A stretch of DNA of 20,000 nt from NCBI GenBank assembly GCA_049999805.1, contig JBNGIO010006030.1:44643-64642 (forward strand). Direction: 5' to 3'. The DNA comes from Folioceros fuciformis. Lineage: Eukaryota. Positions 11,525-20,000 of the stretch are shown here, one piece after another. Positions within the stretch are counted from its first letter, which is position 1. The number at the start of each line of letters is the position of its first letter. Position numbers and translations under genes: made by a program. The notes beneath the pieces are model-generated. The model was not told the origin of the DNA. It did no database searches and saw nothing but the letters and a program-made list of their open reading frames with translations.

Positions 11525-13610
11525 ATGACGTCGCCTTCGTTTCTTCTTCCATCCGTTCCCGAGGTGGCCCCGCTTGAAGACGGGTTCTTCCTCTTGGAGG
11601 GAGGCCATGGCTTTGGTGTCGCTCTTATCGCGCTCCTCTCCTCGTCAGCTGCGATGTTTATCTGTTCTCCAGCTGGGGAAAGAGATGGTGCATGCGGGCG
11701 GGGCTACCGGGAGGCGTGCTTGGTTTCTCGCCTGATCCCGCGGAGCAGCTTCTTCGTCGCGGCTTGCTCCCAGTGCAGATCGTAGTCCCTGCCTGCAACG
11801 AAAGTGTAGCAAAACAGAGCAATGGCGTCAGGAGATACGTTGTCCACGTGGGGAAAGAGGAGTGGAGTTGATGCTACGTATGTACGTTAACCCTGCAAAA
11901 ATTGGATGGAACCTTTCGATCGGCACGGGTACTTTGGCTTGAAGCTGTGGTGGCGGCCGGAGGGGCTCCTACAATTTGAACCTTCGTTTCCGTGGTCTGA
12001 CGGATTTCCGTGGGGGTGCAGCGTACGTGTCTGGAATCTCCTTCCGTTCTGCTGGCTCTGCGACGGCCAAGGAGTCGAGGATGTCTGGAAGGAGCGCAGC
12101 CCCGTGGATGTTTGTGAAGCCATTTAAAGTGTCGAGAATGTCATAAAGTATTCCCGCCCCTGCCGGAGACACACACTCAGGGTAATGGACTTCGTCGGAA
12201 GAAGACAACTTACCTACAAGGAGAAGGTACCAAAAGTGTCCGACGAGAATATGCCCGTCGTTTCCTCTGACCACAGGAGACTGACAACATCCTAAGGCGC
12301 AGGAGCAACACGCTCTCGGAAGAGCGTGTTTCTCATGCGTCTATCAAGGTTCTCAACTTCTGGCTGTGCCGTAGCAAGGAATAGCCAGGGCTTTGATGCA
12401 ACAAGCTGCGAGATGAACGTTGGACACCGGCAAATCGGCTAGACGACCGTCTCAATCGCCTAGCTCACGTGGTCCTTGGACCTTCGATCTATGAGCTTCC
12501 TTCCCTCCTTCTGATTTGCCAGAAGCCTGAGAGTGGAAGTGACAGCACGGATGCCAGCAACTTATTCCATCTACGCAAACCATTTCTCCAAAGTAGGACA
12601 TGGCCATTCTCAAAGTGAATGCACTAATGCCAGCAACTTGTTCCATCCAAGCCAGCCACAAAACCAGACAGGAGATTGTCTTTCTTGAAGTTCGAGAAAC
12701 GTCAGATTATAACAGGGATAGGATGAACCAATCAGACCATGTCCCGGGTGACTTTGAACAATCAAGGGACAGTTGAAAATTTGAATGTGCTCACACCAAG
12801 TTAAATGTATGATTGTGCTGGCCCGACTCCACAGGGCACCAGTAAAGACAAAGTACATACGCTTCTTGCGATTCTCTGCAGCCACGCGGATGATGAGAGA
12901 CGTTCGAAGGCCATGAACGGCAACCAGAAGCTCCTCATCCGACTCCTCACCAGAAGCTCCACAAGGGCCCTAAAATTCCTACAGACTTCGAGAGGCTTTG
13001 ACGTGACCTTCTGACCCAGAGGTCTGTTCTCCAAACATTCGATTAGCGTCCATCTCCTGTATACCCCAAAACAACATTCGTGCACTTTGTAGACACACTA
13101 ACATGACTGTCTAACAATACCAGTAAAGGGAAGGGAGAGAGAACCCCGTGGCACACCCCACTAACCTCCATCTCCTCCAAGCGAGACTTTTCTTCTTTGG
13201 CAAGCTGCTCGAGAGTTTCCAGCCTGTCAGAAGCACGGGCCCTCATGGCTAACACCATTTCCTTCACTGTTTCTGATCACCATGACTGCAAGCGGAATTT
13301 TCAGTAAAACTACATGACGGGTCATTTCAGACATTTTGACAACCACAATAATAAGTCCGTGATGTTTCCTTCTCACCTTGAAGCGAGTCAGTAGCTCCCT
13401 TGCTTGGTTGCAACAACGGATAATAGCACCTAGCTTTGAGCCAAAGCAGCAACGTCCTCGTCCAATTTCTCTTTCAGATCCTGGTCTTCCTCGTTCTCCC
13501 TGGCTCTTTGTGTCTGCATGCAGCTCGTCTGTGACTTCAGAGACAGACCACTTTTCCTCTGATTCGAGATGCCAACGCAACAAGTACTTCCTCAAAGCCA
13601 TTTTCTCTCC
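11525..13610 (-). pseudogene. NOP14: Decayed, 5'-truncated, intron-containing copy of nucleolar protein 14 (NOP14)
   Basis: Collinear minus-strand blocks resemble plant NOP14 as recalled: QRARENEEDQDLKEKLDEDVAALAQS*VLLS (about 13520-13420); VKEMVLAMRARASDRLETLEQLAKEEKSRLEEME (13266-13166); IRVAAENRKK (about 12890-12861); ILYDILDTLNGFTNIHG (about 12150-12100); VPVPIERFHP|GRDYDLHWEQAATKKLLRGIRRETKHASR* (about 11930-11704); KAMASLQEEEPVFKRGHLGNGWKKKRRRR (about 11614-11528). Multiple in-frame stops and frameshifts; GT-AG intron boundaries are retained. Confidence 0.82.
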
Positions 13611-13757
13611 CTGTACCAAAGGCAGAAAGGAAAAATTGGGAGAAAGCAAATGACAGGCCATCCATCATGCAACTGAAAGACTACGTGACGAACGAACTTT
13701 TATCTCACCCGATACCCACTTAGCGGCTTCCTCCTGAATCTCTCTCTTAAGTATGAA

Positions 13758-14378
13758 CTACATTCCATCAGATGAGAGGGTAACTGCTTTTCCTCGCTCA
13801 TCCAATCGTGAATCCGTTAAGGCTTCCGCTGAAATGGGAATGTGCTCAGATTTGTCCTCCTGCGCACTCTCCCGAACTCCTTCCCTTCCACTGTCTATCA
13901 CAACTCCAGGCCGAGCCCGAAGCATTCCAAATACGTCAGACACTATAATCGCATCTGAACCATTGTCATGCAGATTAGTCAAGGACGCCATCATCCCAGT
14001 TCCAAGTGTTCCATTATAAGCAACCTGGAGAACAGTAAGTGTAAGAGAATCCACCACCACAACAATGCCCTTAGATGAGATCTTGTTTCCTGTTCTTCCA
14101 AAAGGCATTGCAGATCGACAGCTGAGAAGTTTGCGCTCCAGATCAGGAACATCAGAGGCCAGTCCTCCTGACCCTGAAGTGGGCCCATTGGAAGAAATGC
14201 AGAAATACCGGCGAGCATTAGGAAAGGATGCCACTGTCCCAGGATGCCCTACACATGGTGGCAGAATCCTCCTTCTACGACAATGTCCAGTGCAGCCATC
14301 CCATATGCAAATGAAACCTTCCTCACAGACAACTACAGCGGAGTCATGAGCATCCCCAGATTCCTGTCTGCTACTCAC
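13758..14378 (-). pseudogene. Isolated N-terminal fragment of a WD40-repeat protein, plant WDR7/Rabconnectin-3beta-like (At4g11270 type)
   Basis: CEEGFICIWDGCTGHCRRRRILPPCVGHPGTVASFPNARRYFCIS and IVVVVDSLTLTVLQVAYNGTLG resemble the recalled family segments CTDGVLCVWSRSSGQCRRRRKLPPWVGSP and VVVVDTYTLTIVHTVFHGNL. There is no ATG start, the frame stops after about 200 aa, and no other exons of this much longer protein were recognised in the window. Confidence 0.72.
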
Positions 14379-14396
14379 TGCCCCGTGACAAGAGAA

Positions 14397-17300
14397 TCAG
14401 TGTGCTCTCGCTCTCCCCGGCGTACCACATGTCTTCGGAACGTATCCCGCCTTTTGAAGTTGTGTGCTAAGGTTGTTGAGCAACCCATATAAGGCAGGCG
14501 TCTGCCCATGTCTGAGATCATCGACAAGAAAGGTATGCACCTCCTCTTCATGCTGGATCCAACTCAGGCCGGGCTTCTTCCAGGCGAAGGCATGCTGCCT
14601 CAACTCATGTATCTCGGATGCACGCTCCCACATGGCGACGTCGGCGTAGATATTTGACATAAGAACGTACGCTGCCGCATGTTTGGGTTCAACAGTGATT
14701 GCCCCGTGGAAGGCTCGCCTTCCAAGCTGCACGTTGCCGTGCTTCTGGCAGGCACCGAGCAGAGACAACCAAATGGCCAGGTCAGGCTGCATTGGCATCT
14801 GGGAGAGCAGCTCCTCTGCCCTGCTGAACATGCCGGCACGGCCCACCAAGTCCATCGCACAGCCGTAGTGCTCTAGCTCTGCCGAGATGCCATGGACTGA
14901 GGCCATGCTGTCGAATAAGCGCAGTCCTTCGTCGACCATGCCAGCATGGCTGCAGGCAGATAAGAGTGCCAGAAACGTGACGCCGTCGGGTTTCAAACCT
15001 GCCGCACACATCCGCTCGTAGAATGGGATGGTGGCAGAGTATCCGCCCAGTCGAGCGTGGCCAGTAATAAGGGCATTCCATGCCATGAGGCCAGGCTGAG
15101 GTAAGGAGTCGAACACCTTCTGCGCATCCACCATGCTGCCACATTTGCTGTACGCGTGAATCAGCCTTGTTGTCACTGAAGGACTGGTTTCCAGTCCGTT
15201 CTCCACAATGCTCTGATGTGTGCGCACACAGATGTCCAAGGCGCCTGTATTGCTGCAAGCCTCCAGGACAGAGAGGAATGTCGCTTCATGTGACTTCACA
15301 CCTGCTGCTTGCATCTCGACATACAGTTGCAAAGCCCTGTCTCCTCCTCGCTCCTGCTGAGCATAAGCAGCTATCATGGCGGTCCAGGACACTGCATCCC
15401 GGTTAGACAAGGTTTTGAACACCTGTTCTGCGTCTGTCATGCTTCCACATTTAGCATACATGGTTACGAGAGTGTTACCGACAAAGATATCCGACCCGAA
15501 ACCCATGATGACAGCATCGGCATGAACTTCCTTCCCCAGCTTAAGAGAGTCTACCCTCACAACTTGCCCATCCACAAGTTCTGAGTGCTTTCCAGCAATC
15601 CTGCCACATGCTTGGAGAGCACTGACAAACGTCCGAGCAACAGGTCTCAGACCATGCCTTTGCATTTGCCAAAATACCTGCAAAGCCTTTTCCCCATCAT
15701 CCTGCTCAGCATATGCGGCAACCATGGAATTCCACGCTGCTAGGTCGCGCTCGGCCAGTCCATCAAACACCTCTTCGGCATCCGTCGTGCTTCCGCACTT
15801 TGCATACATGCTGACCAATGCACTACCGACAAAGGCGTCTGAATCGCAACCCTTCCTGATCGCTGCAGCATGGATTTTCCTTCCTCTTTCAAGAGACTGG
15901 ATCTTTAGTTTCTGTCCATGTATAAAACCACAGTCTTCCTTTTCACCGAGGCAGCTGCATGCTTGAAGTGCACTCACAAAGGTCCATGTGTTTGCTTCCA
16001 CCCCTTCTTCCTGCATCTGCTCGTATATCTTCAACGCCCTGTCTCCTTGCTCTTGCTGGGCATATGCTGTGATCAAGGCAGTCCATGATACTACATTGTG
16101 CTGTGACAGACCATCAAAGACTTCCTGCGCATCTTTGATGCTCCCACACTTGGCATACATGCTGACCAAAGTGCTACCAACAAAGACGTCTGACTCGAAA
16201 CCCCTTTCCCTGGCCCGACCATGAATTCTCCTGCCAATTCGCAATGACTCTACTTTCACGTTTTCTCCGGCCACACCAGTGATTGCCTCCTTTTCAGCAA
16301 GGCTGCCGCAGGCTTGGAGGGCACTGACAAAGGTCCTAACATTTGGCTGGAACCCTTCATCACACATTTGCCAAAAAATATGCAAAGCTTTTGCTCCTTC
16401 GCCCTGCTGAGCATAGGCAGCAAGCATCGCATTCCAGGAGACAACGTTCCTCTGGTGCAATCCCTCAAACACCTGATGGGCATTTGTGATGCTCCCACAT
16501 TTCGAATACATACTCACCAAAGCATTACCAACGTAGATGTTTGACAAAAACCCACTCCTTCTAGCTTCTGCATGTAACTTTCTCCCGATTTGCAGGGATT
16601 CCACTTTCACCCCTTCACCGTCCACAAAGACACTCCCCTCTTGGTCTGCAACGCTGCCACAAGCCTGGAGAGCACTGACGAAAGTACGAGCATCTGTTTT
16701 CACTCCTTCCTTTTGCATCTGCTGATAAATTTTCAAGGCCTCTTGTCCTTGCTCTTGCTGTGCATAGGCTGCAAGCATTGCATTCCATGACACAAGGTCA
16801 CGCTGGGACAACAACCTGTCAAACGCGAGCCGAGCAGCATTCAGACTCCTGCACTGTGCATACATGCTAACCAACGCATTGCCCACATAGACGTCTGAGC
16901 CGAACCCATGTCTCACTGCATCGACATGCATCTGCTGGCCCTCTTGCAGGTCCCGTAATCTGCTGCACGCTTTCAGCAAGGCAACAAAAGTATAGTTGTT
17001 TGGCCTTACACCCTCACTCTGCATCTGCCGGTACCACGTGAGAGCCTGCCGACTATGCCCAGCATTGCTGCACCCTGAAATGATGGCTGTCCAGGAGAAA
17101 ACGGTTCTGCTGGGCAATCTTTGGAATACATCAAGTCCCTCTACAATGCCGCCACAATTGACCAGTGTCCTGACCAGAAGCTCTCCCAGAAACCTGTTAC
17201 ATTCCAGCCCATGCTTTGCCAAGTGAGCGTGTACCCACTTGGCATCGGCAAGAGCCTGCTTCTTCATGCATGCCTGCAGCAGCTTCTCATACGTCCGGAC

Positions 17301-17474
17301 GGCAGGCACAACTCCCTGCTGGTCCATGCACATTAGAGCAGCCTGCACCCCATTGGGCTGTCCCTCCAAGCAGACAGTCTCCACGCTTGTCACATCCGCT
17401 GTGGCAGTGGGAGTGCTGCAACGAGGCCCGGGTCTGCTGCACAGAATCAACCGTGGCATGACCATTGCAGTCAT
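14397..17474 (-). CDS. PLS-class pentatricopeptide repeat protein, E+ subgroup (putative organellar RNA-editing specificity factor), 1025 aa
   Basis: Intronless ORF with about 23 P/L/S motifs (VVSWNAMLAAYAQ, TFVSALQAC, FVGSTLVSMYAKCGS). These are followed by P2-L2-S2 (VTFLALLSACSHAG, EHYGCAMDLVGRAG), E1/E2 (WLSLLGACQKHGN, AYVLMSNIYA), the PG box KKPGLSWI and an E+ segment ending AGYVP. There is no HxE/CxxC deaminase motif. The N-terminus is R/S/T-rich, like a transit peptide. Confidence 0.96.
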   Translation of the reverse strand: MTAMVMPRLILCSRPGPRCSTPTATADVTSVETVCLEGQPNGVQAALMCMDQQGVVPAVRTYEKLLQACMKKQALADAKWVHAHLAKHGLECNRFLGELLVRTLVNCGGIVEGLDVFQRLPSRTVFSWTAIISGCSNAGHSRQALTWYRQMQSEGVRPNNYTFVALLKACSRLRDLQEGQQMHVDAVRHGFGSDVYVGNALVSMYAQCRSLNAARLAFDRLLSQRDLVSWNAMLAAYAQQEQGQEALKIYQQMQKEGVKTDARTFVSALQACGSVADQEGSVFVDGEGVKVESLQIGRKLHAEARRSGFLSNIYVGNALVSMYSKCGSITNAHQVFEGLHQRNVVSWNAMLAAYAQQGEGAKALHIFWQMCDEGFQPNVRTFVSALQACGSLAEKEAITGVAGENVKVESLRIGRRIHGRARERGFESDVFVGSTLVSMYAKCGSIKDAQEVFDGLSQHNVVSWTALITAYAQQEQGDRALKIYEQMQEEGVEANTWTFVSALQACSCLGEKEDCGFIHGQKLKIQSLERGRKIHAAAIRKGCDSDAFVGSALVSMYAKCGSTTDAEEVFDGLAERDLAAWNSMVAAYAEQDDGEKALQVFWQMQRHGLRPVARTFVSALQACGRIAGKHSELVDGQVVRVDSLKLGKEVHADAVIMGFGSDIFVGNTLVTMYAKCGSMTDAEQVFKTLSNRDAVSWTAMIAAYAQQERGGDRALQLYVEMQAAGVKSHEATFLSVLEACSNTGALDICVRTHQSIVENGLETSPSVTTRLIHAYSKCGSMVDAQKVFDSLPQPGLMAWNALITGHARLGGYSATIPFYERMCAAGLKPDGVTFLALLSACSHAGMVDEGLRLFDSMASVHGISAELEHYGCAMDLVGRAGMFSRAEELLSQMPMQPDLAIWLSLLGACQKHGNVQLGRRAFHGAITVEPKHAAAYVLMSNIYADVAMWERASEIHELRQHAFAWKKPGLSWIQHEEEVHTFLVDDLRHGQTPALYGLLNNLSTQLQKAGYVPKTCGTPGRARAH

Positions 17475-19486
17475 GCCGCAGCGTCAACAACTTACTCCAC
17501 TGGTGCTGCAAGCACCAGAAATCACACTCACCCCAATCCGTGCATCGATCTAGCCTGGCCTATTGGTCTCCGACCCAAGCAGCCCTGTACATTTCTAGTA
17601 ACAGGTGCTCCTTGCGGGCCTGGAATCAGGGTGCCAGAGACCCTCTGCAACACCGAGTGAAGACACATTGCCAGCTTAACCAAGAAACAGCTGTGCTGCT
17701 TCTTGCAGATCGAACTCAATTGGCGGCTTACCGCCTCAGTAAAACGTAAGACATGGTCCCAATGTATTGCGCGACAAAGATCCCAAATTATCGCCGCTAG
17801 GCATGTCAAATTCATCCGCCGGCCCCACCACTTCCAAATTCTCCACACTAGGATGGGCCATCGCACAACCAGTCAATTTTCAGCATAAAACACCTCGGCT
17901 GCCTCTTTTCCCGCGAGACGTCTCGCAGCAAGCAAAACGTTCTCAACATGTTCCAACCTGAATCCCCGCCAACGCACCGAATGCGTCGACACCGCTCACA
18001 CCCTCGCAACCCTCTCCAGCCCGGAGCCTCGTACCCTGTGGCGTGCAAGGATTCCCGCCACAATCGCCCCTAACCTCACATGGTGACCCCGTGTCACATC
18101 CAGGCAGCAATAAGCCTGCCCGATCCGCACACCGACGGTGACCACCCACACAGCACTAAAACACATTCCAGCTCGATGAAAACGCACGCCCCTCGCATCC
18201 AGCAACAACCCTGCACCCAAATCCCCAGGATCCCAACCCAGAATTCCACCTCCCAATCCTCCTGGACGGAGAAGCTATGCCATCACCCTTCCACATCATT
18301 CGCTCCCAAGTCACTTTCCCCTCCTGCATCCCAACTTCGGTGGGCGGGAAGACCAGGCCCTCATGCCCCACCACAATACGGACTAAAATCACAAGGCCCA
18401 CAGCCCTCCACTCCCATACGGCGTAGTCCCAAGACGCGGCTGCTCCAGCATGCACGCAGTAGTGGGTCTCAAGGACGAAGCCCCGGCACCCGGAAGTTGG
18501 TACCACCTTGCTGGCACGGCAGCCTACTCATACACGAGTCCAAGTGGGAAGAAGGACATGTGCTGGTAGCCGCACATACAAGATAGCCGTGGATTGGGGA
18601 ATCGATGCCACTCCCTATCCCACCCAAATACACACATACACATCCATTCACGAGAGGCAGAGGAATCCTGAGGAATTCCGAATCCCCCAATCCTGGGGCC
18701 TGGTCAGGAGCGTCGGGCCTTGAAAGCCGGGCCTTCGTATGTACAGTACACACATACTTGCAAGACCAGTTCAAGTGTGCGCCGTGTGCGTACGTACAAC
18801 ACATGCATGGCGCAAGAGGACAGGCGCTCCAGTCTGCCACAGCTCCAGATGCTGATGCAGGGCGCAGAATGTGGGGCCAGGCCCCGCTCCCCAGCAGCGG
18901 CCAGTGCAAAGTGGGCCCTGGCCCTCCCTACCGACAGCTCTTGCCCAGCAGCGCTTGCCTCGCGGTCCGACCCAGAACTCCATCGCTTCCCCTCCCTGCC
19001 CCTGCTAAGCCGAGCTTCCAGCTCTCGGCTCGCCTTCCAAAGCCAGCCAGCCGCAGTCTACGGCCCCTGCTTCCCTGCATTTCGCCGGCTTCCTCTCAGT
19101 CCACCGGGCCCGCCTATGCGGCCTTGCACGAGCCGCTCCGCCTCCTACAGGGCCACCGCTGCGGGGCCACATCACCCACCTCGTCTAGAGACGTTTCCTC
19201 CTTCAGGCAGCGTCGGGGGCGGCCATCTCCATGGCGGAAGCAGCTCTGCCTCCCGTATGGAGAGCGAGGTAACGAAGACACGGGTAGTCTCGGACCTGGA
19301 CTTGCAAGCTGTATCAGACCCAGCTCGGCCAAGAAGTGCACAATGCAGGCTCTCAATGAAGCACCCCCTTGTCCCAGCTGGATGGCGATGGAGGGTCTTC
19401 GCTTTTCCGTTTTTTCCAGTTTATCCTCCTCTTCCTGCTGCGGCCTTGCCTATCTGTAGGCTCTGGTGCCTTCCCTGCCCCGGCCC

Positions 19487-20000
19487 ATGGCCTCGCTCAG
19501 TACGCTGGGAGTGGGCTTGGCCATCGTATTCGGTTGCTTCGTGGTGCTGCTGCTCGGGGAGCTATACTACCTGCTGTGCTGGAAGAGGACTGCGCTGGGC
19601 AATCCTCGGGTGAACAGCATCGGCCAGGACCCGCTCACGCTGGATGTGGAGGTGCTGTCGCATGGCGTGCCCGTGGACACGGTGTACCTGCAGCCGCGCG
19701 GGGTGTTCCACACGGATCCGCTCTACCCTGAAGTGGTGGAAAAAATCTTCTCGCTAGAAGGGGACGACATGCAGCTGCACACACTGCTAGGGCCGCCCAG
19801 GATCCTCTTCACCATCGCGGAGGAGACGAAGGAGGAATTGGAGGGCTCCGACGGGGACGCCGCCAAGAACCATAGCGAGGCGAAGCATCGTAGGAGCCGC
19901 CGCTACTCTAGGAGCGTCGGCTCCATGGGCGAGCTCGAGTCCCCCGGTAGGGGGACTCCCTACGACACTCCTCACGACACCCCTTCTCCTTCCCCGCCCT
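19487..20000 (+). CDS. Plant single-pass membrane protein (At5g59350/At2g39560-like), 5' part; runs off the window
   Basis: My translation from ATG 19487 is open to the window end: MASLSTLGVGLAIVFGCFVVLLLGELYYLLCWKR...LLGPPRILFTIAEETKEELEGSD...TPYDTP. It matches the recalled family motifs (N-terminal TM helix plus ELYYLLWWK, and GPPRFLFTIxEETKEDLE). It is absent from the ORF track because there is no stop in the window. Confidence 0.85.
   Translation, partial: MASLSTLGVGLAIVFGCFVVLLLGELYYLLCWKRTALGNPRVNSIGQDPLTLDVEVLSHGVPVDTVYLQPRGVFHTDPLYPEVVEKIFSLEGDDMQLHTLLGPPRILFTIAEETKEELEGSDGDAAKNHSEAKHRRSRRYSRSVGSMGELESPGRGTPYDTPHDTPSPSPP

Noticed and set aside
14397..14399. U-to-C editing of the PPR stop (UGA to CGA) to create the PPR-WD40 fusion
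   Set aside because: Plant U-to-C editing is known from organellar transcripts. This is a nuclear gene and nothing in the sequence supports it.
17475..19400. Missing first WDR7 exon upstream, which would nest the PPR gene inside a WDR7 intron
   Set aside because: No minus-strand translation here resembles the expected WDR7 N-terminus, and the downstream WDR7 exons are also absent.
18605..19613. Long + ORFs of 284 and 297 aa
   Set aside because: P/S/A/R-rich with no motifs, typical of stop-poor GC-rich promoter or UTR DNA. The second overlaps the real gene out of frame.

Overview
Eukaryotic, GC-rich, gene-dense land-plant nuclear DNA. The short GT-AG introns and the style of the PLS-PPR gene suggest a seed-free plant such as a hornwort, fern or lycophyte (inference). 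Intact genes: a 2-exon BTB/POZ gene of the At1g63850/At2g13690 type (+, 3217-5550), a 4-exon class III secretory peroxidase (-, 9557-10846), an intronless 1025-aa PLS-class E+ PPR organellar RNA-editing-factor gene with four elongated L motifs (-, 14397-17474), and the 5' part of a single-pass membrane protein gene that the ORF track misses (+, from 19487). Directly downstream of the PPR gene on the same strand are a WD40 (WDR7-like) exon fragment, in frame behind the PPR stop codon, and a decayed intron-containing NOP14 pseudogene. An AT-richer island at 6.0-7.56 kb holds 21-, 41- and 54-bp tandem arrays, an assembly gap and a decayed reading frame interrupted only by TAG. Next to it is an orphan coiled-coil ORF. 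I see no clear new biological system. The PPR/WDR7/NOP14 fragment mosaic and the PPR architecture are the items most worth checking. All homology calls are from recalled motifs, not database searches.
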